A program made the position numbers and the translations under genes. Of a DNA stretch of 64,000 bases, positions 1-15,362 are shown piece by piece (the stretch's first letter is position 1; each line of letters begins with the position of its first letter). The DNA comes from the human T2T-CHM13v2.0 reference genome, Homo sapiens. The DNA lies in NCBI RefSeq assembly GCF_009914755.1, contig NC_060926.1. The stretch is one strand, 5' to 3'. The notes beneath the pieces were generated by a model. That model did not search any database and was not told the origin of the DNA. It worked only from the letters and a program-made list of their open reading frames with translations.

Positions 1-539
1 TGTTACAGGAAAGGGGTCCCGATCCAGACCCCCAAGAGAAAGTTCTTGAGTCTTGCGCAAGAAAGAATTCAGGGTGAGTCCATAGAGTAAAGTGAAAGCA
101 AGTTTATTAATAAGTTAAAGGAATAAAAGAATGGCTCTTCCATAGAGCGGCCCCGTGAGCTGCTGGTTGCCCATTTTTATGGTTATTTCTTAATGATATG
201 CTAAACAAGGGGTGGATTATTCATGCCTCCCTTTTTAGACCATATGGGGTAACTTCCTGACATTGCCATGGCATTTGTGACCTGTCATGGCACTGGTGGG
301 AGTGTAACAGTGAGGATGACCAGAGATCACTCTTGTGGCCTTCTTGGTTTTGGTGGGTTTTGGTTGGCTTCTGTCATGCAGCCTGTTTTCTCAGCAAGGT
401 CATTATGACCTGTATTTTGTGCTGACCTCCTATCTCATCCTGTGACTTAGAATGCCTTAACCATTTAGGAATACAGCCCAGTAGGTCTCAGCCTCATTTT
501 ACCCAACCCCTACTCAGTATGGTTCACATGCCTCTGGCA
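1..539 (-). mobile_element. MER41A solo LTR (ERV1), antisense in SOCS5 intron
   Basis: Reverse complement of MER41 consensus (tgttac...aggggtcccgatccagaccc...cctctggca); lacks the 43-bp GAS-containing segment, diagnostic of MER41A. Confidence 0.9.
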
Positions 540-718
540 AACATATGTATACTTGAACATTTAGTATAATGATAATTGATTAAGCGTCATACAAGGGACT
601 GGGGGGCATCTCCAAATATGTCTGAAATTTAAACAAAGGCCTTCCATTTGTATTTTCTGTTGGTAATAGGAAAAAAGGAGACACACAATGAGTTATATTT
701 TTCTCATTTTCTACATAA

Positions 719-1153
<435 letters not shown>

Positions 1154-1358
1154 TAAGACCACTTATTTGATAAACTCTTAAGAAGTTGAGAGCATAACAT
1201 TAAGTTGTAATTCTGGTAAAGTATTTGTGTAGGGAGCCAAAATAATACAAACCACATATATATCTTTGTGGTGAAGTAATTTGATTACAGTTAGAACATA
1301 GAAAATCAGTGTGGGTGGTGAGATATTTCCAAACTAGTTCTTTCAAAATAATAAAGAC

Positions 1359-1657
<299 letters not shown>

Positions 1658-3204
1658 GTAATCGAGATTTTTGACCCAATTTTATTTTATGTCTATTTGT
1701 GGTTTCTATTTAGTGCTTGGGAAATAGTTGTGGAATGGTTCATCCATACTAGATCTAAGTATTGCCCCTGGAAAGTTTTATATTTTATTGTGAAAATTAG
1801 AAAATCTGTATAACAAGATGTAGAATTATCCCATTTAAGTGGATTTCCAGGATTGACCTGCAAGCAATAACAAAGGATTTTTACCCACTATGCTTCAAAC
1901 AATTATGATGCAAACTGTTTAATAGTAAGTCTTAATTCATTTCAGATTTCAGAGAATGTCTTAAGAATTTTGGGGATATTAATGTAGCACTACATCCTTA
2001 TCAAAGAATATTGAGAATTCTGCTTTAAACTACCAGTTCATCTTTGAGACTGTTTAAACCTGCTTTTCTTTATCTGCAAAAGAAGTCTCAATTTTAAGCC
2101 ATGTTTATGGGAAATGACTATACCTTAAACTGTGTAGAAGTTCTTTTAGGGGGAGACAGGAAAGGGAAAGTTTGTGTTGGAAGAATAGCATTTCTTTGAT
2201 TACATATTTTTGTAGCTGACACTACATTTACATTGTTTAAATTGAACATAAAATTGTACCTGATCAAAAACATGTCTAGCTATGGAGTATGAGACTATTT
2301 AAATAACTCAGTATTATACATTAGGATTTTTCTTTTATTTAATTGGAGAGGAGTATGATCAGAATTAGTTGTAACTGTTGTGCTATGTTAGACCTTAAAT
2401 AACTGGATTCCATTTGTGGAATGCTGTGCTTATTTTAAAAATTCTAATATTAAAAGAACAATCACAGATCTTTGAGGTTAGCTAATTGAGTTGCTTGTAG
2501 AGGAAGGACTACCTGGGCTGGCTAGAGACAGAGGGTTGTTTATCCTCTTTAACATTTCCCATGAAAGACTCTGCACAAATCTCTTTCGATTGTTTATTTA
2601 CCTTTTTAACCATTTGAAATTTAATTTTTTCCTGAGAGTTTCTTTGTCTTGGTCTTTAGAAGGATTGAAGAGCGGCCAGTCAGAATTCCCATTTTTAAAG
2701 AAAGGGTCTCTGTATATGTAAAAACAAACATTTGATCACCTTCATTCTCCAGATGGCATAATTCCAACTATATTATCTCAATATTCCTAAATTATAATAC
2801 CGTTAACTGTTGTTTTGCTGTACTTTTTCTTCCCAGTTTTTAAAGGGTGGAGGAGGTAGCCAGACACGGAGCCCTTTGAGTTTTTTTTTTTTCTCTGATG
2901 CTTGAAATCCTGGGATCAATATTATGAAGGATGCTCCAGAAGGGAGTGAGGGTGGAGAAAGGTAGACTGTTTAGGCATCTGATTCATCCATGCAAATGAT
3001 GAAGACTGAACCTGTTAGGGGGCAGTGGAGATGGAGAAGAGGGATAGGCCCAATATGGTTGTGAAGTAGGCTATAGACTCACATTCTTATAATTCACCAC
3101 TCCCCAGAGTAAGTACAAAGGCAGTGGTAACTCTAGAATATCTAGCATGTTTTCTCTCCTGCCATTTGAATCTTCTCCTTTGGAGTATAGAAATATTCCA
3201 TCAG

Positions 3205-4346
<1,142 letters not shown>

Positions 4347-4987
4347 AGTCTCTTTTAAATCTGTTTTATATCTCCATGTGTTCCCTTTTTTATGTCTTGC
4401 ATAATGTGTCCATGTAGTCTGTGGCCCTGGGCTGTTACACTTTTTAAGGTTTCTTTGTTCTTCTCTTCCTGTGGTCATTGTACTTACACGTAGTACTCCT
4501 CTATAACCACATCCCCAACCCTTCTAATTTGCAGTTTCTAAGCTGCTATGCCCTTGGTGTCTAGCAAATAAAGTTTGCTTAAATTGAAGGTCAATTTAGA
4601 GTAAATAGGCATAGAGAAAGAGCTTTAAATATTTACATCTGAGAGCTTGAACTTTATCGTCATATTGTCCACATGTGGTACTCAGCAAATGTTAAAATGA
4701 ATATTTAAAAAATCTTTTCAGATTCTGAGCTTTTGATAGGTTAGGTTTAATTTTAGTTGTTAATAAACTAAAGATTTCTTGATTGTCCTATTTCTAAAAA
4801 CTAAATTTGTATGTTACATGCTAATTGGTAAAACCAAAACTAAGCTGTATTACTTGGAGTTTCTAGTTGATGATTTTGTTCAACATGCTTCTCTACATTT
4901 GTTTTCTTACGTGATTAAAAGTTATCCTTATTTGCCTTTACTTCTCCCGATACCCTTCTCAAATATCCTGCTAAAGACTAATTTTAA

Positions 4988-5318
<331 letters not shown>

Positions 5319-8300
5319 AAATTTTCCTTTTTCTTATGGTGTCAGGGAGGGTAGATCCAAAAAGGGGCACGCATTGTCCTGATCAGTTTCTTTCTTTGTT
5401 TCTTTCTTGGATTCATTACAAGTTGTCAAATTATTTTCCATTAGTTTTTTTTAGAGCTAAAATTTGGCATAGGAGACAGTAGTATCTTTTAAGTTTGTTA
5501 AAGATTAGTAAATGTATTCTAAGCAGTTTTAGATAAAAAGTAAAAAAGTTGTTATTATCAAAACATTATTTTATTTATTTTAGTCCTTAGAGTCTTCATA
5601 TTTCTTGTGATACTTGATCTAAACTGCTGGGGTTATAAAGTGGTTTTCCTCCCTAGAGAAGGAAATGGTGCAGATTCCATTTGCTCACTTACCATTGGTA
5701 ACTGAATATTATTTGTAAATTATTAGCAGAATCATAATGAGCTCACTGTTAAGTAGTTCCCCTAATCAGAGACTCTTTTCTGGATTAAGCTGTCTGCTAA
5801 ATTCCTCAACTGAGAGTTGTTTTACTTTGTTGGTATTTTTGTTTATATTTAACCACCTTTTATATTAAGGGAGATTTGTGGGAAGCATTGATGCCCTGTG
5901 CTCTAGTAACCATGATCAGTAGAGGCAGTGCTGACAGTACTAGTCACATGTGGTTATAATGCTGAGTAAAATGTTATTTACTTTACTAAGTTGGTTTGCC
6001 TAACGGAAGTAGTCTCCCTGGAGATGGGATATCAATGCAGAACTGACTCAGCAATAATCTCTCCCTAGTCATAAAACAGCCTTACTTTTTGTTACTGTCA
6101 CTAACATGAACTAACATGCTTTGGATTGGTTGTATATCAGAAGCTATGATTTTTGTCGCCCTATTATATACTTAGTTGTTTTTACCTTATGTCATGTTAT
6201 CCTGGAAAGGCCGAGACTTAGGTCTCTAACACAGCTAGTGGGAGCTTGAATTTGATTTTAGGTCCTGCTAAATCTAAGGCTTATGTTGTTTGTGTTATAC
6301 CACAGTCTGCCAATAATGCTGGCCAAATAAGAAACATTTTGATGAATGGTGTATTTGTTAGTATATTACATAAGATATTTTCCCCATAAGAAAATGAAGC
6401 ATAACCTCTTAGGATTTTAGGCTTCTCTAGTGTACAGTATCTATAGAGCAAAATTTAAATTGTGGTAGTGTTTTATAGACTAAAAAAGAATCAGAAGCCC
6501 CTCCAAATGAATAAGGACTGTGTTCCCGGACCTTACCCAGTACTGTACAGATTAGCTATCCTTAGTTTTTGTAGATGAGCTGTAGAGTCAATGGCTTAGG
6601 AACATTGAAATGTCCATAGTGTTTCTTAGGATATAATATGGAAGTTGGAGTCATGGATAGAACTTTCACTCTGGCAGATACTGTACATAGGAAAGTGACA
6701 TTTGTGGCATGACCCAGAAGAACTGAAAGAAAGAAGTATTTTTTAAAAGAGAGAAAAGCTAAAGATGCTAGATAATACTGGTAACATTTTTAAAACCTCT
6801 CTGTCTTTTGAATATCTCCTATGAGCCATTTTATGTATATTATTTCTATCATCACATCCAACCCATAAGGTAGATATTATCGTCATTGTACCAAGGGGCT
6901 AATTTAGGTTCAGAAATATGAAGAAAGACATTCAAGGTTATAGCATTCTTAAATGGTAATGCTGGAATTCATCCTTTCTGCTCCTGCCTCCCAAATGTTT
7001 GATTGTTTTATTGCCTATCCGCTTTTCATTCTGGTGCCCTAAGCAAAGCATAGGCAGTATCTGTACGTGAGATTTGGGCTTAAGAATAAGATTTCTGCTA
7101 GGCTCGGCGTGCCCTCCTACGTGATACCAGAAGTTAGAATTGTGTGGATAAAACTTAGGAACTGGAAATGTAAAATTAAATACTTACTTTTTTTTTAATT
7201 AGAAAAAGAAATAGCCCTAAAATTGTCTTTTTTGGAGAGTAGGATTGCAGGGACTGTATCACACATGACTCTTAATTTGGTTCTGTGTCTTCTTTTTTCT
7301 TCTTTTTAAAAATGGACCACTATATTAATGTACAGAGAAAAATACAAGAACTTATTAAACTCCATCCCTTGAAATTAGGCATCTGATTACAAAATACATT
7401 CTTAACTGACCATATAATTAAAAGTAGTATTCAGAGAAGCAGTAGAACTTACTAATATAGAACCATTTGTTACAATAATACCAGAACATTTCTGAGCGGT
7501 ATACAGGCCTACACAAGGGTCATGGGTTTAATAGTTGATAGGCATTTAAAGTACAGATACCGAAACATTGTTGGTAGGCCCATGAGTATACTTGAGATTC
7601 TTTTGGTCAGAGTATTGTTTCATTACAATTAAAATAGAATAGGCTAGAAATTTTCTTTTGAGTATGCATGTGCTACCTCTGTCAACTTTTCATGTTGGAG
7701 TGATGCTGAGTTTGTATAATAATTTGAGATATATTCCATCTTTTTATGCTCTCCAATAATTCAAAATATGGATATGATGTATTCTCTGAAGTTTTAAAGA
7801 ACTTAATGACACTATTGTACTTGGACTTAGAATAATTAATATACTGTTCTAAAATTGACTCAAAAAGAGGTAGAGAAGCTGAATAGACCAAATAATAATA
7901 GAAGAAATTGAAGTCCAAGTTGTTATTAATCTCTCAGATATATCGGTTTCTACATCTATAAAATTAAGATAATTATTACTCGTAGGGTTGTTGGGAGAAG
8001 TAAAATGCTTATGTCAGAGCCTGGTACATTGTTAGCCCCCAGTAATGTAAATTGTCATCACAGCCATTACTGTCAAGATTATTACTCTTTTTTCAAGATT
8101 CAGCTTTTTTCCAGAGTTTTATTTCTTTGATTACTCACTTCAAAGAATCTTAGATTTACTGTTAAAAAATGTAATTGCCAGAGGTTTTTCTCTTTTGCTA
8201 GTCTGATTCCATCTCTGACATAGTTTACTTAAAAAAAAATACACTTTATAAGAAATAAAAAGGAATGTAGACACAGACATGCAAGTGTTTTTTTTTATTA

Positions 8301-8621
8301 TAAGAGAAGATTATGTACAGGTTTTGCATAAAAGAGAACATGTGGAAAGATACTCACCAGAATATTAACAGTGATTATCTCTAGGTGGTGGGACTTCAAG
8401 TGAGGGTTAGATTTTTTAAAATATTTCTGGAGTATTTTAATTATTCTGTGTGTATATTATTTTTCTAAGAAAGTTTTCTATTTTATAACTTCATGCTCTA
8501 GTGATCATCCATTTACTTAATGCACTTAAGATGATAATCTTAGAGTATTGATCTTCAAACTGTTCCATAGAATGACTGTTAGATTTGGTAAACATAATCT
8601 TAAATGTTTTATGTAGTACAT

Positions 8622-8960
8622 CAGGGGTTGGCAAACTATGGCGTATGGGCAAAATCTGGCCCACCACTGGTTGTTGTATAGCCCACCATGAACTAAGAAT
8701 GGATTTTATGTTTTTAAATGGTTAATGAAAATCAGAAGAATAATATTTTGTGACAAGGGAAAATTATATGAAATTTAAGTATCACTGACCATAAATAAGG
8801 TTATATTGGCATGCAGCTATGCTTATTTACTTGCATGTTGCCTATGGCTGCATTCAGGCTACAGTGGCAGAGTTCAGTAGTTGCCATAGAGACTGTACGG
8901 CCCACAAAACCTAAAACATTTACTGCCTGGCCTTTTGGAGAAAATGTTTGCTGAACCCTG
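8622..8960. mobile_element. MER58B (hAT-Charlie MITE)
   Basis: TIRs caggggttggcaaac...gtttgctgaaccctg; 8-bp TSD tagtacat/taccacat. Confidence 0.85.
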
Positions 8961-9016
8961 TACCACATTAGAGAAACCTATTTAGTTCAGTGTTTTGTTC
9001 TTTTTTTTTTTTTTCG

Positions 9017-9232
9017 GCGAGTATTACCACCTGAGCTCTACCTCCTGTCTAGTCAGCGGCAGCATTAGATGCTCATAGGATTCAGCCCTGTTGTGAACTG
9101 CGCACAGGGGATCTAGGTTGCGTGTTCCTTATGAGACTCTTAACTAATGCCTGATGATATAAGGTGGAACAGTTTCATCCTAAAACCTTCCATGAAACCA
9201 GTCCCTGGTGCCAAAAAGGTTGGGGACTGCTG
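9017..9232. mobile_element. MER1B fragment (hAT-Charlie)
   Basis: Ends catgaaaccagtccctggtgccaaaaaggttggggactgctg. Confidence 0.8.
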
Positions 9233-9599
9233 TTTTAGAAGTCTCTGAGTGCCTCTTCTAATTCTCTACCCTTCCCCATAATAGGCAACCATTATCCTAA
9301 CTTTGCTGACATCCCCTTGCTTTTGTATCTTTATTATATATGTATGTATACCTAAACAATATATTTGGGGGTTTGCTTGTTTAAAAGGTAAATTGTTTCA
9401 TAATGGATATATTCATCTCTTATAATTTCTTTCTCTAAGCATTATGTTTTGAGTGTTACATTTTATATTGATACAAGTAGCTATAGTTGATCATTTCTGC
9501 TATATAGTGCTCCACTGTATGAATGTATACTAATGGACTAATTATCATTTACTTACATATCTCCATGACAGCCACAACAGCAACATTTTAAAAATTCAA

Positions 9600-10200
9600 T
9601 TTGTTGACTGTCTTCAAACCCCTACCTGACAAAACTGTTTTATTTCGTGTTTTCTCTCTGAAACAGCATCTCTATTCATGCATTTGCCTAAGCAAGACTC
9701 CTAGTGTCATTTTCAATACCACTCTCTCCTCATTTCCCATTTTCAATTGATCTTCAATCCTATAGATTTGACATCTGAACATCTCATAGCCATCTCTCCT
9801 ATCACCATCCTAGTCAGGTGCTTGCTTGGACTCCTGCAGTAGTCTTCAGTGCCATATCAGCATCCACCCTTGCTCTCTTATCATGGATTATGAGGCTTAC
9901 CTCTCCAACTTCATCTTGACACACTTCCCTTCACTCACTGGGTTGTGTTAACTTCAGCCATTGTTCATGTCATGCTCATTTCTGCTTCAGGACTTTTGCA
10001 AATGCTGTTCCCTCTGCCTATAGTACATTGTCCTGATTCATTTCTTCTTATCCTTCAGGATAAAATTTTGAAACATCACCTCCTCAGAAAAGTCTTCCTT
10101 GCTCCCCAACCCCGAAACTAGGTCACGTTTCCCTGTTATCTTTAGGACTTTGTTACTTGCTACTCAATCCTGGTACTACTACAAATTTTAATTATGATTG
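9600..10200 (+). mobile_element. L2 fragment
   Basis: Pyrimidine-rich L2 motifs (tcaggacttttgcaaatgctgttccctctgcct; atcacctcctcagaaaagtcttcct). Confidence 0.65.
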
Positions 10201-10349
10201 TTAAGGAAGGCTTATCTGATTCAGTCAGAACCAGTTGTCTGTAAAGTCTAATAAAGCAATACATCATAGAAGGGATACATACCTTAAGTAGTTTATTCTA
10301 ATTTTAAGAATATAACTATGTTCATTTGCCAGTCTTTTGATTAAGAAGC

Positions 10350-10981
10350 TGTTATCAGAAAGGGGTTCGATCCAGACCCCAAGAGAGGGTTCTTGGACCT
10401 TGCGCAACAAAGAATTCAGGGTGAGTCAATACAGAAAAGAGAAAGCAAGTTTATTAAGAAAGCACAGGAATAAAATAATGGTTACTCCATAGGCAGAGCA
10501 GCAGCATGGACTGCTTGACTGAGTATACTTATGGTATTTCTTGATTATATGCTAAACAAGGGGTGGGTTATTCATGAGTTTTCCGGGAAAGGGGTGGGCA
10601 ATTCCTGGAACTGAAGGTTCCTCCCCTTTTCAGACCATGTAAGGTAACTTCCTGACATTGCTGTGGCATTTATAAGCTGTCATGGTGCTGGTGGGAGTGT
10701 CTTTTAACATCCTAATGCATTATAATTAATGTATAATGAGCAGTGAGGACGACCAGAGGTCACTTCGGTTGTCATCTGGTTTTGGTGGGTTTTAACTGGC
10801 TTCTTTAACACAATCTGTGTTTTATCAAGGGTCTTTGTGACCTGTATCTTGTGCCAACCTCCTGTCTCATCCTGTGACTTAGAATGCCTAACCCCCTAGG
10901 AATGCAGCCCAGTAGGTCTCAGCCTTATTTTTCCCAGCCCCTATTCAAGATGGGGTTGCTCTGGTTCAAACACCTCTGAAA
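10350..10981 (-). mobile_element. MER41B solo LTR (ERV1), full length (~632 bp), antisense in SOCS5 intron
   Basis: Colinear with the LTR at 1-539 plus extra segments; 4-bp TSD aagc (10346-10349)/gagc (10982-10985); carries the tandem GAS segment. Confidence 0.92.
10581..10610. promoter_or_regulatory. Tandem STAT-binding GAS motifs TTCCGGGAA (10581-10589) and TTCCTGGAA (10602-10610)
   Basis: Both fit TTCN3GAA; 21 bp start-to-start; inside MER41B. Occupancy not shown. Confidence 0.75.
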
Positions 10982-13157
10982 GAGCCAAGGCCTTTTCTTT
11001 CAGAGTAGGTCTACTAGTTATAGATCCATATTGTCTGTATTGGGGAAGCCATGCCCATAATGTATCATGTAAGATTCCAGTTTGGGTTTTTTAAGTAGAA
11101 CAAGAATTTAGGCTCTTCAGATGAATTCTTAGCTTAAAATCCTTATAGATCTTTACAATATTTTTTCCATTTCTTTGAACTATTTTCTTGGCCTCTACCT
11201 AATTCAGCAGCAGAAGTATTTCACTTTTATTGAGTATTTCAGAGTCATTCAACTTTATAAAACTCCCCACTCTTCCATACTTCATTAGGTTAGTTGACAT
11301 TTAATTAAATCACATAGTTACACTAATATAAATGGCATGAACAGGTTTGGAACCTAACATAACTAAAAGTGTAACTCACTGCTGGGAACTGGAAGTGTCT
11401 GGGTATACTAGATTAGAGGACTGCACCTCTTTTTGAGTGTACATGGTCTACTGTATTAATATATCATGTACACTGTAATAGTGTAACTCTAAGGTTGAAT
11501 TATATGTTTATTTTTTACCCACAAAATAGCAATTTTATATGGTTCAACCTAATATTAAATAACAGTATAAAGGATAAATGGCCATCCAATTAGATAATAA
11601 TAGATCCTGTCACAATATGACGTGTAAATAACAATTAAAAATAAATCATTTTTAAAAGGCCAGAGGATTCTTAGATTATTTTAAGAAGCTGTAGTTATGA
11701 CAGCCACACATTCCTGAAATTCTGGGTCAGTTTTACTGTCAAACGTATTATCTTTTTCTAAAAATTATTGAAATGCCACCAAAATATCAATCAAAACTTG
11801 TCTCCTAAACTGCCTCTTGTGCCTGAATTTGATACAGAAATACTTTTAATCAGTCTACCTGTCCCAATTTTTGTTACTGTAACTGAAGGACTTTCTATTG
11901 GAAAGGTGTTACAGCTGAGAAGTCTAGATAGACTGAAGAAGAGGAAGGATTTGAGTTGTCACATTCTTCGTCTTTATGGCATTCAGCATTAAGAATATAA
12001 CTGTTATGTTATAACTGTATATTTTAACAATATAACATAATTAGGTAAGTATAATAGTTCTCTCTCAATGTATTCTTAAAACATGTTAAACTTAATTTAT
12101 TTCTCATAAAGCATGGGTTAAGTCCCATTGAAATAAACTCCTGGGAATTATTTCAATTATTTTGTTTTGTGTAAATTTTGTAATAGATACTAGTTGGCAT
12201 TAAGAAGGACCATTGACTGTACTATTTCATTTTTATATATGTAAACTTATGTAGTGATAGAATTTGACCTAATTTTCCATAATTCTAATTTGTAGCTTAT
12301 CCAGTTAAATATAATTTTTCAACAAAAGCTATTTAACTTCCAAAAGCATTATAAAATCAGTTTTAAATTATTATTCCTTCGAGGAAAGAATAACTTTTTA
12401 GAAATTTGCTTTGGATAGTTTTAAGAACAGCTAAGCATGTGTAGAAATGTAAGAGATTGTAATGGATGATAAACTTTTATTCTAGAATCAATGCAATTGA
12501 AATTTAACGCTTTTTTTAGCCCTGTATAATTTCATATAAAACCATAAAGTAGTAGAGTTGTAATTTAGATCTCAAAGGGTTTCAGCTCTATCTTAAAAAC
12601 ATTTCTAAAAATTTAACAAAACAAACAAAAGAACTTCGAATCTGACATTGTTAATACCAAGATAGTTGAAATGCCTTCCTGATTGTTATGTCGACTAGTC
12701 TGTGAATTACTGTCCGTATTTTTTCCTTCCTAATATTAAAGCTGCCCACATCACATTTCACATGTCAAGAAAAATCAACTATCTTTCTCCATGGAGTAAG
12801 ATGCAGTCTGATAACATGCTCCAGAATAAGAATAGAGAAATAACTAAATTTCATGCTCTGTGAAACTGAACCAGGGGGTTCAGTGTTAGAAACTGCATTT
12901 TGTGCCCTGGCAAGTACAAATGTTTTCTGCATATCACACTAATTCATACAACTTATAAAGAACTATATAAGGAGATGAGTGGTTTTAGGTTAGGTCACTT
13001 TTTAAAAGTTATTTTTTGGGTATAATTTGCATGTCAGAGAAGTATCTTTAGATAGCTACAAAATTTATAAACACGGAGAAGAGAGTTAAATTCTTGGACT
13101 TCTTGAATATGGCTCTTCTAGTGTCTAGAGTGATGTGGTTTATCTTAAATAGGTGGA

Positions 13158-13425
13158 TTAGGGTCAGTAAACTTTTTCTGAAAGGGGCTAGATAGAAAAT
13201 ATTTTAGGCTTTGCAGACTACATGTGGTCTCTGTCAGATGTTCTTCGTGTGTGTATGTTTAAATGTAAAAATTTTTCTGAGCTGGGATCCCTTCAAAAAA
13301 CAGGCCACAGGCCAGATTTGGCCTTCAGGCTTTGGTTTGCTGGCCCTTGCTCTACATCAGTAATGTTCAATACAAATATAACCTGAATCACATATGTTAC
13401 TTTTAAATTTTCTAGTAGCCACATG
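13158..13425. mobile_element. MER58-type MITE followed by a MER3/MER33 fragment (hAT-Charlie)
   Basis: gggtcagtaaactttttctg...ccagatttggccttcagg...tttgctggcccttg, then aattttctagtagccacat. Confidence 0.6.
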
Positions 13426-14416
13426 GTGGGTGGTGCTGTTTTTTGTTAAGAGTCTTGTAGTGACATTTGACCTTGAAACTACAAATATATGAATTAGGTA
13501 AAAATAAAAACTAATTTTAAAATAAATGAGAAGAAACTAGGCTAGAAAGGGGCTAGGATATTGGAAGAGAACATCTACAAAGATAATGGAGTCACCAAGA
13601 ATACGGCAGGAATTCGACTGTATTAACAGGACTATGGGCAAGGAACGGAAATCTTAATTTAAGAAGAAGAATAAATGATAACAAGGCACGTGAAGTTCAA
13701 ATGGCGTAAACCTCATAAAAAATGCTTACGAGAGAGATTTTTGCAAGACAGAGGAGGCCGTGTTCTAAAATAGACTTTACTGAGATTTAACAGTTCTGTC
13801 TAATACATTTTATTCTAATATATACCAACTACTGTACAAACTTCCTATGTGCCTGACAGTGTGCTTTTAATAAAGAATTAAATCATCTGAAAGTACATTT
13901 TATAATATCATGGACATTAATTTTCTGTGTTGTGTTTCCATTAGTCCAAGAGCCTTTTCTGTGAGAAACTAATGGGAAGACCTATAATTCATTCTAAGAA
14001 AGTTTATTCTCTGTTATTCTCTTATTCCTAGTTAACTTCTTGAAAATATAAGCGTTTATGACAAAAATAATTAGTTGAAGTTATGGCAAGATCAGCTAAA
14101 GTTTTCTGCTATCATAATGTGACAAAACCAATTGAATTTTAAGTTTAGGTTTTTCCATTTCTTCTAATGTTGACCTTTAGCTACTGAACTAGACAGTGTG
14201 CCTGTTGATACTGTAGTCTTAAAAGAATTTATTTGTAAAGTATCATACACTGCTTTAGATTTTTTTTTAAGGAACAAGAATAAAGATGCCAAATTGTATG
14301 TTTTTGGTTTTTGTTTTTGTGAGTACTACAGTATCATAGCCTTTCTCTATTACTTTATTACAGTTTCCCAACTCTTCCAGGATTAAAGAATTGGGAAGTT
14401 TAAAGACACCTTTCCT

Positions 14417-14759
<343 letters not shown>

Positions 14760-15310
14760 CTACTCAAACTGCTTCTTCAAAATCATGGATAAATTTGATA
14801 CATTATAGGGTGGGAGGGAAGATATGGGTTTTTTATAAGTGATGAACACACTGTAAACCTTAGAATTGCAAGGAACCAGTTAAGTAAAATTGGGAAGATT
14901 GCTACTAATGAAAGGTTTTTGAACTAATTTTAATGTGTTACACAAATGTTCTAGTTACAACTTTTGAAAAGTTGAATACAAATGTGTTTCAACAATATGG
15001 AACATATTTTGCCTTTGTAATATTCAAATTAAGGAAACAGGTTGAAGCACGGGAAAAAGAAACCAGAGTTTAAGAGCGTTTATTTTCTTTCACCTGAGTT
15101 CAGAATATTCTGCCTGAAAGGACTTGGGAAGTAATGACTGGCTTGAACAAGGTCAGTGCCTAAAAGGCCCGGTGGCCTTCCTGCTGCCCAACAGAACACA
15201 CGGCCTCATCACTTCAGCAGGGCAGCGTAGGTGAACGCTTGGCCAGTATCACTGAAATTCTGGACGGGAAGGGGTGTGGGCACTGCCTTAGCTACCTTCA
15301 CATGCTACTT

Positions 15311-15350
15311 TGATTAATTTATTTTTCTCTTTTTGCTGTTTTGTCTTTAG
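15311..15350 (+). other. SOCS5: 3' splice acceptor of the SOCS5 coding exon (exon starts 15351, 12 nt before ATG)
   Basis: Polypyrimidine tract tttttctctttttgctgttttgtcttt followed by AG at 15349-15350; possible branch-like tgattaat at ~15311. Confidence 0.9.
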
Positions 15351-15362
15351 ATTTTATAATCA

